Assembly (NCBI GenBank): GCA_000320545.1
Contig: ADNK01000342.1
Coordinates: forward strand, 53,504-117,503
Source of the DNA: Bigelowiella natans CCMP2755
Taxonomy: Eukaryota; Protista; Cercozoa
Length of the DNA stretch: 64,000 bases
Direction of reading: 5' to 3'
Below are positions 26,305-42,962 of the stretch, in pieces. The notes beneath the pieces are model-generated. The model saw only the letters and a list, made by a program, of their open reading frames with translations, did no database searches and was not told where the DNA came from. Position numbers and translations under genes: made by a program. Every line of letters begins with the position of its first letter. Within the stretch, counting starts at the first letter, position 1.

Positions 26305-27596
26305 CTATTCTTCCGAGAGTAATTTTGGCTCTTTTTTTATTTCTTTCTTAGAAATATTCTTCAATGCTTCCCTTTTTGAGAGATTTTGTAGTTCATTAGT
26401 TTCTTCCACAAACCTCCGGACTGCACTGGGGTCAGTGTATGCGTAGGATCGTAGGGACCAACCGATGGCCTTCGCGATAAAGAACTTATAATAAACATAT
26501 TTCGTGAGTAATAGAAATGGATTATGAGTTTGACCCTACTTCTCCATCTGACGCATGTTCCTTGCAGTACTGGAAGAGTCTTTTCACATCCGTTTTTGTC
26601 TTTCGCTTATTCTGGCATATTATCGCCACCCGTCTCACCCAAATAGAATCATCCTGAAAATATATGTTAATCATGCCTACCTATTGAAATAAAAGTTGAA
26701 ACCTTAATCCAATCATCCATAACATCGAGCATCCCCTCATGAGTCAGAGTATTTCCGACTATTGATGCGAGATAGTCGACAGTATCCCACCACGACTTAC
26801 TCACAACAAGCTCTTTCACGGCAGAAACGAGAGACTGTTGAATATCATTGTACGATGTATCAAATACAAATATAAGTGTCACCGCATGACATATGTGCCA
26901 CCTCAGCGTTCTCCTTGTTTGGAGTTTTGTGGAGAACCAGAATATCACACGCTGCGTACTTTCAATTCACATATCAGCTTTTAAAAGACGAAACAAAAAA
27001 GAAATAATCCAACCTGACACTCTCGCATGTCTTCATCCCATAAATATCTCGCGAGTTCGATGAGCTCCTGAGTCGTAGCTGTCCTGCATAACGTATCTTC
27101 CTGATTTTTCTTCGTGTATTCCAGTAGAATGATAATGTCCGCAGTTTTAAAAGGTTCAACCATATACTTATCTATTCTACCGCAGTATTAAAAGAATCAA
27201 CCAAATATGAAATCTTTTCTAAGCCAAGACTGAAAGAGGAGGGGAATAGAAATCTTGTTTCAACCTTGCAACAGCTTTATTTCCTCTTAGAAATGGTTTT
27301 AGCACATTACGTCGATCCGGTGCATTAACACCAAAAAAGTCGAACATTTCTCGCACGTACCTACATTATACTTGTTTAAGATAGTCAATTGTATTCTTAA
27401 CTTCCTAACTTCATTACTTTGTCATTGCTGCTGCTTTTGAGGGATCCTTGCAACTCCCTAATGCGTTGACAATATCCGACGCAGTAGTTTTCATCGGTGA
27501 ATGCTTCATCTTCTTTCGCCTGGAACCCGCAATTACAAGCATATCTCCATTCCCGTTCATGCGAATTTGCTTGTTACTTCGTTTACCCATTGACAT
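26305..27596 (-). CDS. DNA alkylation repair enzyme, AlkD-like HEAT-repeat glycosylase; multi-exon
   Basis: DPSKAAAMTK|YVREMFDFFGVNAPDRR, LWDEDMRECQ, SKSWWDTVDYLA, WIK|DDSIWVRRVAI, FFIAKAIGWSLRSYA and LSKREALKNI are characteristic AlkD-family motifs. Confidence 0.88.
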
Positions 27597-27640
27597 AGGA
27601 ACCTGCTTGCAACAAATACGCAATTGCATCTCAGCGAGAA

Positions 27641-27680
<40 letters not shown>

Positions 27681-28361
27681 AGTAATTTACCCTCGCCACT
27701 TTTCTCATGATTTGGCAATTGGTCACCACCAGCAATAAGAATGCAATCGCGATGGTGCCCGCAAGTTTACAAGCGTGGGAAGGAGACACTTCGAAGCTGG
27801 GGGTATCGAGAGGAAGAGCTTCCGACTGATGAACAATGTCCGTACTCGTAGGGTAACGCTTATCAGAAGGTTGTCGTTCCTGAGAAATAGCTTGCTCTAG
27901 AAGAACTTTGTTCCAATGTATGTCCTAGACGCAGATATGATTGCAAGTTGTATCATTTCATGACACAAAAAGTATCTGCGAGTACGAACGAATTTCCGTC
28001 GTTAGAATGTGCTCCTAATAACTTGCACCGCCATTTGCATCATTGTCATGTCAGGATGAATGTCGTACGACTCGAAGCGATGAGCTTCGCATTTAAATTC
28101 TCGTGTGCACCTCGTGTGTTCTCCCTTCTTCGTTCTTCCTTTTTTCCGTTGGAAGATTGTAGCAAAATCATCATGTCGCAGCAATGGAACAATGGTCAAT
28201 TTTGAATTCAGGTGCATTTTAACACAAGAATATGCCGGTATGCATGACGCTCTGGTGAATTCGCTTGGCGCAGGGATTCCTGGGATTCGCTACGTTTCTA
28301 CGAGCACGAGTGAAGCGCCCGTGCCCTAACATTTCTAAAGCCATTTGCTGATGATCAAATC

Positions 28362-29227
28362 ATGGAGGGCGTGGTCAGAAGGCGAACAGCATCGCTTCCC
28401 GATGGGAGATCTAAAACCTCGAATGGGTGCGCGGCTCCAGAACACGACCCTGAAGAGGTGGTTCCCCTTGATATCAGCATCTCATCTCTTCTAAGATCTA
28501 CTCTATTTTTAGGGCAGAGGGTTACTCAGTAGAAATTTTAGATCATGCATAAGGATCTGCATCATATTTGCTGTGCTATTTCTCGGTATGATAGTCATCA
28601 CATGCATACAGACGGACTACCGAATCCATCTAGCTGTGGCAACGGACACTGTCACTGGGCTCCCTTCAGACATGTATCGAATGTTGTTTGTTTTCAACAA
28701 TCCCATTGAAATAGTGCACGATATCCCGTCAATGAAGGCCGATGTGCTTGCAAATCTCTCTGGCTTTGCGCCAAATATCAGTGATGCGACTCAAAAGTAT
28801 ACTTTTTACGACTCCTGTAGCGCGGTGAATGGAAAGAAAATCCCCCCTCAGCGGTCCATGCAGACTGGCAATGATGAATGGGAAGCTTGGGTAGAAGCGG
28901 TGGGTACTCGCCACGCTCCTTTCCAAGTTGCGAGCATCCCTGATAATCGTGAGGAGCAGGAATTTCCAATATACTACTCGAATACACCATGCGGAATCCA
29001 CCAGGTTCAGTCGTCCCGTGTTGGGCCGTTCGATGCCATAGCTGACGATAACGGCTTGGAGGGATCGGGCGCAGCACTTGTGATGGAGTTAGAGGAGGAA
29101 GACAACCTCGGCCACTCCTTTCGAGCTGGTACGATGCTGTGCACTTATCTCTGGTTGAAACAGCTCAAAGAGCAGAGACAAGGCCGTCGGGGCCAACATC
29201 AGCAGAGCGGAGACGAGGGAGCATGGC

Positions 29228-29259
<32 letters not shown>

Positions 29260-30291
29260 CCCATCACGCTCTTGGTATGGTGGACGAACGAAGCAAAAAA
29301 GAAGCTTAAATATCCGGAAACAATGGCATTCAAACTTGAGATGCTCCGTGCACTTGTTGGAAGTGCATCAGGCCATGTGGAATACTTCGACAAGTCTACG
29401 TTTCCCCTTGAGAAGAAGAGGAGCAATAATAGCATTTCTAACCCTCCTGTATACTCTTTCGAATATCTATTCGAAGCTCCATGGAATGGGCGTCAGCACC
29501 AACGAGAGAACTTCCTTGCACAGGGGCCATTGCAGCAGAAATATGGCGAGATATCAATGCGTTTATCGATGTCGAGCGTCATTCTCAACAGGAAACCTCT
29601 TCAAATGTTCACGGGCCTTAGTAAGAGAATCAAATCCAATCTTAAAGTCCGCGATCGGAAAAAGGACGAAGGTGGTGTCTTGCTCTTTCAGAGAAAGATG
29701 TATGATGTACTGGAAGTAGATCCTGCAGAGTTCCATAAGAATGCCAAGAAGATGCGCTATCTCGTGGATAGCGTCACAGGCAGCACGGAAGGATTCCTCC
29801 AAGGACTATGCCACAAGACTGGTCTCCCCATTAAAAGCCTCGACTTTCATCCACGCAACCCCCGTTATCATTCCTTCCGCGAGCAGATGCAAATACTTTC
29901 TAACGCAGCTATTCTCATCGCGTCGCACGGTTCTGGCCTCTGGAACGCTTTATGGATTAGGCCAGGGTCCGTTGTGCTTGAGGTGACACTGAGGCCAGGA
30001 CATTGCTGCATGCCGATTCCAAGTCACATGTGGAACAAAACGGTTTGCAAGGAATCGTGTATTCCCTACAAGATGGTCAACATAGCCGATGGGATTCAGG
30101 CTGCTGGCGTGAGGTGGTTCTACTACGATCCACTTACGATAGATTTTCCAAGTGGTGATTCCAATCGCGCTACTACAAGAGTGCACGTCAATGTAGAGCA
30201 CTTCTCCAAGGTGCTACTCGGGGCTTATGCGGTCGCAACTGGGAGAAACACCGATAAGATCGTGAAAAAAAAGAAGCAATTACTTCAGTGA
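28362..30291 (+). CDS. Type II membrane glycosyltransferase, GT61 (DUF563)-like; one short 5' intron (~28459-28513)
   Basis: 572-aa ORF extendable through one phase-0 GT-AG intron to ATG 28362; N-terminal TM anchor ICIIFAVLFLGMIVITC; C-terminal SFREQMQILSNAAILIASHGSGLWNALWIRPGSVVLEV, the GT61 HGAGLTN-like motif. Confidence 0.8.
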
Positions 30292-31058
30292 CAATGACAA
30301 ATGGGCCCGGGGATTCGGCCCATGCAATGCAAATGGGAACAGAAGAACACGACGACAGGTTTCGACGAAGATGATGATCACATCCTCAATGTCCGAACTC
30401 TATTTCCAGTAAGAATAATTTAAAATAAATGGACATTGAAATTTTGTAGTGAGCAGTAGAGACATATCAAATGCTTGCAAGATGCTCACGCGTTGCAGCT
30501 GACAATGTGCAATGACGACCGCACCTATCGTGCGCGGCTAATAATTGTTCATGATCATGACATGTAATAATGCATGGTACACACACGGCACTTCATCTAG
30601 ATTGCTAGATTGGCATGCATTGTGCGCGCCATGCACATTGACACAAGTGATTTTCGCGCTGCTGTCTTTGATTTGGGTTCATCATTGAACATGCGAGGAC
30701 ACTACTAGACTACTTGGAAGGCAACAAGTGGTGTAGTCGCTTTGCATGTCTCTAGATCTACACACACGCCACGCGTAATCATGATAGACATGTAATATAA
30801 TATATATATACTATAGATGATATTACTGTGTCTATTATAATTTAGGTGCCTCGAATCTAAAAATGTACCTGCGATGCATACCTAGATTCACCGATTGTAT
30901 CTAGACATCTCGACATGCACTTCTAAACTTAGTAACAAATCTCTCGTATCGGACTTGTACGTATCTGCTCGTCATTAAAATGCAACAATTGCATTTGATA
31001 ATGTGTTTGCGATGCGGCTAGTTCTTATGTTACTTTTTTGAGAACATTTAAGTTGTTA

Positions 31059-34000
31059 TCATGACACATAAAGACTTGCAGCAAATACTATGTCTCGTTT
31101 GATAATCTCGGCACATGCCTCCATCTTTTGATACAGCTTGGGGTCACCAATCACGCGAGCGGCGTTTCGAACATCTTTAAGCGTTTCATGTAGCCTCAGG
31201 ATACATCGAACAATGCTCCCCTCAGGTATATCAGTCATCTCGCAGATTTGATAGAACTTGGTTCCCGCCGCCCATTCATACGCGACTTGCGCAAGGCCCG
31301 TATGGATCTGATCGCGAGCATATTGATCGGGTGACACGTCCATGCCGTATTTCAGCTGCACGTTTCCGATGGCTCGTGTGATCTTATTGAGTCTTGTGAG
31401 CGCTTTGTCGAGTTCAGGAGTGAGCTGCGGGTCGTCGTCGCTACGTCGTTGATACACAAGAGTAGACAGCAAGGCCACCGCCTCGGGGCCATCGAGCTCA
31501 TCTAGTACGTTCTCGAATATAAGCTCTGTAACAATCAGGCAGTCACACGTATTTATCTCACACGCCACACGCCCCTTGAGCAACACCGATTTGTCCTCTG
31601 CGATGTAATCGAGGGCCTTGAGGACGTTGGTTCGCTGTTCCAACTCTCCTAGCAGAGAGATGCGATCATCGCTCAGTGCCGCACGCAGTCTTGATATCCG
31701 CTTTTCCAACGCACCAGCAGCTCTTGCAGCTTCGAGGTTCGTTTTTCGTTTTTCAGGGTCACATAGGCAGACTGCGCATGTAGCTGTGCTCTTGAGCTGT
31801 TCCTCCATATCGAGCCTGTGTCTAAAGCTTTCGATGAATTCAAAGTCCTTGATTCTCATGTCCTTTTGCGGATTCAAAGCAGCGAGGCCAGCCATATATT
31901 CGCGCCCTTCGCCGCCGTACAAGATTCCAAGTTTTTTTTTCTTCTTCCCTCCTCCTCCTCCTCCTCCTCCTCCTCCTCCTCCGGTGTTTTTCTTGTAAAT
32001 CTTACCTAGCTCCCCTGCAGCAGCCTCAATGGCACCGGCACTCATACGTGCCGACATAGAGAGGCAGCTGTCAGCATCGACCCTAACCTTCAATTTGGTT
32101 ATCCTTGCCACATTCTCGGCCCGGATGGGAGCAAACATCCACCTTTCCCCTCTGGAGGTCTCCCCTTTTCTGTCTATGATGCCATCCCCTCCCATCAAAC
32201 TACTTCTATTTCTTGACCTACTTGATGCCGATACCTGCGAAGATTTAAAGTCCACACAGTCGCTCTCCGGAGCTATGAGTACTAAAGCCGTCAAGGAGTT
32301 GCTGTCTCGATCAGGGGTTTTCAGTACAACAGCTACGGCGGGATAATCCCTTGTGCCTGGAAGTGCAAGAGGGAGCTTTACGAGGAGGATGCGACCTGCT
32401 GAGAGGTGACGTGATGTGAGCGAGGTAGACCGAAGAATTGTAGAAACCTCCTGAGAATACAGATTTTCCACCACCTCGCGCATAGCAAGATAAGTCTTCG
32501 CTCCTTGACACCCAGGATCTGGGAGGATTTTCAGTTTTTCCTCGCTCAATGCCAATGCTTTCTTCTGGGTTGGTGCTGCACGCCGAGAGGGAGCTTCCGC
32601 ATAGGAGCGCTTGATAAACTCTTTCGTCTGTACGTCCTCTTGTCGTAGCAGGTTGAGCAGCATATTGAAGGTTAGGCGGAACTTGGATTGCAACCGAGTG
32701 GCTTTCCCTGTGAGAAGCTGCCTCGTCCCTGTCTCCTGAGGGATCTCGTCGTTTCTACAAAAAATTATCACCACGCCAAACAAATCTAGTCCACGGCGCC
32801 CTGCCCTTCCAGCCATCTGTGTGTACTCACTTGGAAGAAGTTCTCTGAACTGGGTGCCGTCATGTTTCCTCGTGCCATTGAAAACCACTGTCCTCGTAGG
32901 CATATTGACTCCCATAGCAAACGTCTCAGTTGCAAATAGAACCTTGATCACGCCTCTCGCAAACAGCATCTCCACAATCTCTTTCAACAAGGGCAGCATT
33001 CCAGCATGGTGCACTCCAATGCCTCTTGCTGCCAGCTCTCGCACACGGCGCACTTGTGGCAGCCTTCGGTCCACAGGCGCTAAGCGCGTAATAGATCGGT
33101 CAACGAAGGAGTAGACAAGACCCTTCTGTTTATGGTCATTTAGATCAAGCCCTGCCAACGTGTAGCTGAGTTCTTCACACACTCGCTTAGAAAAGGAGAA
33201 AATGACGACTGGTAAAAGGTCAAGCTTGGTGAGAAATCTAACGAGCTGCAACCAACGGCCACTTCCCAATCCACGATCCTTCTCCTCTTGCTTCTTTCCA
33301 AAGAGGCGAGCTTGGCGAAAACCCTGGGTGAGGAATGTGCCCTTGTCGTCCAGGATCTTGAATTCTTTGCCATGACACCATAGAAAGTGTTGCAATGGTA
33401 CTGGTCGTTTATAAGTACTGACAACATGCACGGGCTTCTTCTTCGTTCTTCCAACCCAATCAGCGAAATCGAAGGTATTTGGTACCGTGGCAGAGAGCAT
33501 AACGATGGAGACGTGAGAGGGCAGCATCATGATCACTTCTTCCCAAACGACGCCCCTGTCGCGGTCATTGATATAATGAACTTCATCAAATATGACCCAC
33601 TCGATATCCCTGATGAGATCTGCCCCTCTATACAGCATCGATCTTAGGATTTCTGTTGTCAATATCAAGCAAGTGCCCTCCGGATTTATGGACACATCAC
33701 CAGTAATTAATCCCACATCATTCTCCCCAAATGTCTTTCGAAACTCGCGGAACTTCTGATTGGAAAGTGTTTTGATTGGGCTCGTGTACACGGCTCGTGT
33801 CATATGACGGCATGCAAGTGCCACAGCATATTCCGCCACAACGGTTTTACCAGCGCTCGTGTGCGCCGCTACAAACACGCAGCGTGAGTTTTCGACGTGG
33901 ATGATCGCTTCCTTCTGAAATCTATCAAGCTCGAAAGGGTACTTAATTGCCATATCAGGGATTCGTTCGTGGAAATCATCAACTGGCTCCCGCGACATAA

Positions 34001-35522
34001 CAGCCCACACCTTCCTCTCGCCCCCCTCCTCCTTTTTGCGCTTAGCTTCCCTTTCCTCTGCTACTGGCACTGAATAACCTGCCTTTCGCAGCACATTCTT
34101 GACATCGCTATTTTCCTCTTCTCCATCAACCCCAATGTCGAGTACATCGTCGATGGTGAATTGGCCAAGCCCAGCACTACTGCCTCCACGAGACTGTCGG
34201 AGTTTCATCAGTTCGTTCATGAGAGAAGGTGTTCCCCTTCCCATCGTAGTAGCCTTGGATTGCCTTGAAATACGTGCCTTCTTTATCTCCTCCTCCTCAG
34301 CTTCTTTACGTTCTTTTTGAAAGTTTCTGTTGTCTTCTTCGATTTGTTTCTGGCTTCGATACTCCCTCTGCTGTTGCCTATACCGCAGCTCCTCTGCTTG
34401 TTGATAATCAGCGTCATTGATGCTTTGCTCTTCGTCTATCAGGCCTTGTCGATTCTCAAAGGCACGGTACACTCCACTGTGACTACCGCTATTAGTGCCA
34501 GTAGCATCGCCCAGTTTCCTATCAGCACTATTGTTCTTGATGTTTTTCTCGTCGTTTACCGATAGTAGGAAATCAATCCCCTGGAATCCCGCAGGACCCG
34601 TCAAAAGAGAGGTCATCCTTGTCTTCAACTTTGTTCCATGCTCCTCGTCCCCCCTCCCCCCTCCTCCTTCCCCGCCTCCTCCGCTTTTATCGTCCTCATT
34701 TATTCCAAAAGGAAGACATCCAACAAACTCCTCTTCTACGTTCTTCTTTGCGCCCTTTATTTCCTCATCGTTTGTGGATTTTTTTGCTGCGGTACCTGTC
34801 GTGGCATTGCCGTCGTCGCTGTCTTCGAAACCGCCGGGACGAAATGCTTTTTGATTTACAGATCCGCGCGAGAATTGCCGTGGGTTACGAGAGGCTACAC
34901 GAGCACCGCGCGAATTTGGATTTGCCTCGCTACTGCTACTGGCCTCTGTTTGAATGTCTCTTTCTTCCCATCCATGCACAATCCCATCGTTTCCTCTTAT
35001 AAGAACGATTTCACGCTGCGGGTGCGAAAGTTCTATTCTCATCGCCTCATCCGAAATGCCAGCTGGCAACAAAACCCTCCCCCCTCCCGACAAATCGCCT
35101 ATTATTGGCGGACGACAACGTTGTTCCGATGAGGAGTGGGTGGTGTCATTATTATTTCCGCTAAGCGGTGACCAAACAAGTTGCAATGCCTCCCTCGGGT
35201 AGACTTTGGATGGATTGAGAACAGCATCGCACCACTTGAGCACATCTGGCTTAGGTGGGGCGAGTGATGGAATGGTGGTGTGAAGCTGCACTATCTTCCG
35301 CGGGTTGGTGGCAATGCCATCGAAACTAGGGTCTGGAACGACTTGAAGCCTCCCTCTACGCCCGTCGAGTTGCAGGTGAAATGGCACTTCAAGTGTGTTC
35401 CTATCATCTATCGATTGCGTCTTGATTTTGGTTTTGTTTGCATACAGGCTGTCCAGTTGACTTAATACTGCCTCTACATCCAGCTTATTCGGTGTTACCA
35501 CCGCTGCTTCCTCCTCCTCCAT
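31059..35522 (-). CDS. SKI2: SKI2 DExH-box RNA helicase (Ski complex, exosome cofactor), single exon, 1487 aa
   Basis: Ski2 N-terminal RGS..AFRPGG motif, YPFELDRFQKEAI, AAHTSAGKT, DEVH, SAT, YTQMAGRAGRRG, arch domain and the C-terminal DSHCT end IKRDIVFAASLY. Confidence 0.96.
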   Translation of the reverse strand: MEEEEAAVVTPNKLDVEAVLSQLDSLYANKTKIKTQSIDDRNTLEVPFHLQLDGRRGRLQVVPDPSFDGIATNPRKIVQLHTTIPSLAPPKPDVLKWCDAVLNPSKVYPREALQLVWSPLSGNNNDTTHSSSEQRCRPPIIGDLSGGGRVLLPAGISDEAMRIELSHPQREIVLIRGNDGIVHGWEERDIQTEASSSSEANPNSRGARVASRNPRQFSRGSVNQKAFRPGGFEDSDDGNATTGTAAKKSTNDEEIKGAKKNVEEEFVGCLPFGINEDDKSGGGGEGGGGRGDEEHGTKLKTRMTSLLTGPAGFQGIDFLLSVNDEKNIKNNSADRKLGDATGTNSGSHSGVYRAFENRQGLIDEEQSINDADYQQAEELRYRQQQREYRSQKQIEEDNRNFQKERKEAEEEEIKKARISRQSKATTMGRGTPSLMNELMKLRQSRGGSSAGLGQFTIDDVLDIGVDGEEENSDVKNVLRKAGYSVPVAEEREAKRKKEEGGERKVWAVMSREPVDDFHERIPDMAIKYPFELDRFQKEAIIHVENSRCVFVAAHTSAGKTVVAEYAVALACRHMTRAVYTSPIKTLSNQKFREFRKTFGENDVGLITGDVSINPEGTCLILTTEILRSMLYRGADLIRDIEWVIFDEVHYINDRDRGVVWEEVIMMLPSHVSIVMLSATVPNTFDFADWVGRTKKKPVHVVSTYKRPVPLQHFLWCHGKEFKILDDKGTFLTQGFRQARLFGKKQEEKDRGLGSGRWLQLVRFLTKLDLLPVVIFSFSKRVCEELSYTLAGLDLNDHKQKGLVYSFVDRSITRLAPVDRRLPQVRRVRELAARGIGVHHAGMLPLLKEIVEMLFARGVIKVLFATETFAMGVNMPTRTVVFNGTRKHDGTQFRELLPSEYTQMAGRAGRRGLDLFGVVIIFCRNDEIPQETGTRQLLTGKATRLQSKFRLTFNMLLNLLRQEDVQTKEFIKRSYAEAPSRRAAPTQKKALALSEEKLKILPDPGCQGAKTYLAMREVVENLYSQEVSTILRSTSLTSRHLSAGRILLVKLPLALPGTRDYPAVAVVLKTPDRDSNSLTALVLIAPESDCVDFKSSQVSASSRSRNRSSLMGGDGIIDRKGETSRGERWMFAPIRAENVARITKLKVRVDADSCLSMSARMSAGAIEAAAGELGKIYKKNTGGGGGGGGGGGGKKKKKLGILYGGEGREYMAGLAALNPQKDMRIKDFEFIESFRHRLDMEEQLKSTATCAVCLCDPEKRKTNLEAARAAGALEKRISRLRAALSDDRISLLGELEQRTNVLKALDYIAEDKSVLLKGRVACEINTCDCLIVTELIFENVLDELDGPEAVALLSTLVYQRRSDDDPQLTPELDKALTRLNKITRAIGNVQLKYGMDVSPDQYARDQIHTGLAQVAYEWAAGTKFYQICEMTDIPEGSIVRCILRLHETLKDVRNAARVIGDPKLYQKMEACAEIIKRDIVFAASLYVS

Positions 35523-36421
35523 GCCACTAAGGATGACACCACAAGTTAATCATTATAATGATATGTATTGTTGGAAGTACCAAAAAACAGATGATTTGAT
35601 TCTATTACGTGAGAATGTTCGATAGCTTACACAGATACTAAAGGCAACACCACGCAAAAGCAAATACACGTGCATATAGATCAACGCACACACACACGCA
35701 CGCACAGACACGCACAGACACGCACAGACACAAACACAAACACAAAAGCACGCACACGCAGACACACAAAAATGTCACACAGCACTGCTGCTGCTACAAA
35801 TTCCTGAAAATTTGCGTTTAATTCAAGTCATTGACCTCCTCTTGTGAAGCCGTTTAAAGAAATATCGCCCTGCCGTTCGTGTCTCGTTGTAGTTGGTACT
35901 TTCTACAAATGTCGAGTGAACGATTGGGTCGTAGTCGTGGTCAATAGCTCTTCCTCTCGCTCTGGTTGCCACACCCCCTCAGTGCGTCTTGGCAGCAAGC
36001 CCAATTCTCGTGAAAATGCTCGAAGTTACAGGGAATATTACACAAAGATTGGACATACTTGCATGTCGTAGATAATAAATATGAAAACATTGCCTTCTAA
36101 TATCATGAACTCAGGCAATCTGTTCATCTGAATACGTTTAGAAAAGTTTTGATTGGATGTTTCTCCCTCCTCCTTCTTCCTATCGTACTTCGCATTCTCT
36201 GTTCTGTCCTCTCGCTCTCTTCGGAAAAGCGCAGTAGTCTTATTACTGGATCGTTTTTTATCGGTAATATATCTAGGAATAGGAGCGAAACAAGATCACC
36301 AAGCATCAAGTACGAGGTCCACGAAAACAGGACAACAGACCTCAGAAACAAGACATCTGTCTCTGGCAGTGTGCTTTTTACCACCCCCTCGTAGCTGCTG
36401 CTTGTTGCAGCACCCATCATT

Positions 36422-40349
<3,928 letters not shown>

Positions 40350-40948
40350 TTTGTATGACAAAAATACAAAGTTGTTCATAAGAACGCACATTTAGGCACA
40401 TATTTCTATCATATGCTAAAGTTAGCATGCACTGAAGATTGAAAATGTACAATTGAATTTGCAGCCGCTTTTGCCAGTAAATTTTATGCCTCCTAACGAT
40501 TGCATAGCGACCGAAATTTCTGTTGTATTATTTGGTTCCAACTGCTAGTGTGTCGCGTGATTGTGTGTGCGATGCATGTGTTACATGTTGTCATTGTTGT
40601 GATGCGATGCATGCTGCGTCCATCGTGCAATGTCTAGATGTGCCCCTGCATGCGCTCAAGTTTAACCCATAAAGATCGGCTTATCTCCCACCTAATACAA
40701 GTGTTCTATTTAGTGGCTAATATAAGTGTCTCTATGGACCGCCGGCTCATGCTACCTCGCGCTGATGTGCACCACAGGCCATATAATTTCACTGTTCACA
40801 TACTATAGACACCATATGTCTGTTGTACATTTTTATTATTGCGGATGATGAATCCCATGCCATGTTTTCTCGTTGCCGTGATGGATGAGGCACATGCAAT
40901 GAAACAATATCATTCTAAAAGATACAACTCCAAGGTTACAACACCGTG

Positions 40949-42385
40949 TTAAATTTGTGGCATGCTTGGCGATGTGTTTATCCCGATGCTCGCGCCTAAG
41001 TTTTGTTGTGGAACAGAGCCGGAAACAAAAAGCTTTTTCTCCTTACCCGACGAGGTGCTTGTCGAGGTATCCATGCTTTGAGCACTAGGCATCCGTGCTG
41101 TCGTCGAGAGATTTCCCGTACAATAATGTAGCAGTTTTCCGAGCCATGTTATATTGATTATCGAGATCAGTAGTACTACTAGAACAGCTAAAACGCTCGC
41201 ACACGCCTTTCCAACAATATAGGTATCGAACCCATAGAACTTTACATACAGCAAAGTTGCATTTGCACTTGAAGCAGAGGGAAATGTAAAGCCTGCAAAA
41301 CTAGAATGGAACCATAGATCTTTGAGGTGAGCCCTGCGCATAAATACGCACCATAAGGTTGAAAGCATCCCCAACATTGCCACAGCAAACAGTGCGTGAC
41401 CGACAAATAGAGGGCCTAATAAGAGTTGCTGCCTCTCCGAATAACTACTTAGACTACTCCACGACACTAGCCAGCATATGCATACAAATGAACCAGGTGC
41501 CTGTAGAATCCCAATTGACCCATTTATAGCGACTTCTTTAGATCGGTAGTAGCAACGAAAAAGAGCAATTGGCAACGTGACTAGCATCATGATTACAGCT
41601 GACCAAACACTTGTTGCTATAAGAGCTGCGGGGAACTTTAATGCCGCCCCTGCCATTGCAAATGTTCCCAAAGAAACGGTGGGAGGAAACCACGCAGGTT
41701 CAGGATAGAATCCCTCACGGTAACTTCGAAGTAGAAATGTAGCCATGACGACGAGCTGCATGGGAAAAAAGGAGAGTCAGCAAATTATAATAAAGAGAGT
41801 GGCAGTGGTGGTGTGGCAAAATGTGAGAATTTGTGTTGTTTTATATGGACCGACTTGCAATGTGCACCATACGGCGACTATCCCCTGGGCGATACGAAGA
41901 CCGAGTATGCCAATATCCAGGTTCATCATGTGAGTACTAGTGAGGAGCGAATACGTCGTGGATGTTAATAACGGGATTGTCAGGTGGGACACCTGAGCAG
42001 ATATTTGTTGTGGAGTAGATGCTTCTTCCCGAAGCACCTTACAGGGAAACACGCTTATTTTCGCCAAGTAGAGGATCTGATTGACGTATGCTACGAAGAG
42101 TGCAAGGATTGCTGCTACGATGAAACTATATTTTACTGGAGAAGGGGAAGGAGATAGAGATTCATTTAAATTGAGCAGCACGTTGCTTAGGCCAGTCATC
42201 CCTAGCGCAAACCCATTGCATGCTAGTGGAACTCGCAAAAGCTTTTGTAAGAGTCGCCCCGACAAGCCACAACAAGAGGAGCAGGAGGATAGCGAGACCG
42301 GAGATGTGCTATTCTTCTGTGTCACTTGTTCGATGTACGCTGCTACTACTACTTCCGACAATGCCTTCTTTTTATTTCGATCCAT
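40949..42385 (-). CDS. TDT/SLAC1-family (tellurite-resistance/dicarboxylate) membrane transporter; few introns
   Basis: Multi-TM ORFs of 203 and 270 aa with RVPLACNGFALGMTGLSNVL, PEPAWFPPTVSLG and FHSSFAGFTFPSASSANA (TDT FTFP motif). Confidence 0.75.
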
Positions 42386-42962
42386 CACCTCTTACCAGTT
42401 AAGTAAAACCAATTTCTAGATGATCATATGCTCTCGTTCCTACCCCCTCGTTCTCCCCTCCGTCGTCTTTTTGTCTTCTGGTTTCGGAGAAATGAGTAGG
42501 AATCTCTCCGCGGATGCACCCTCATGACAAAAAGGTAGTCGGGAGCCAAATAACTATCTCAGAAATGGAGGCCATTTTACCTAAGAATAGATTTTATCCG
42601 TAAGTCGCAGCATTAAACAATCAGCGGCACCAGAAATGATCTCAACAAGTACAATAACCAACGACAACAAATACAACAACATTGATCAGCAGAATTATTT
42701 CTCTTTGATGTTTTCGTGGTGTAGGAAATTTGAACGGATTTGTTTGAAAAAAGGGAGCCGAATCCCGTAACCAATGGAACGACAGGATATAGAATATGTT
42801 TAATCGTAGATATATCTCGCACATAGTTTGTACTTAATTTATACAATCCATGGTCGTCGGCTAGCAAGAACCAGGAGTGGAGTGTGACCCAAAATCAATT
42901 CATGAGCTCCATAAAGAACTCCAGGAGGAGGCCCTGAGCTGAAAAGGGCAAGAAAATTACTG

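Noticed and set aside
31618-35465. Plus-strand ORFs overlapping SKI2
   Set aside because: Antisense shadows of a long coding sequence, with no independent motifs.
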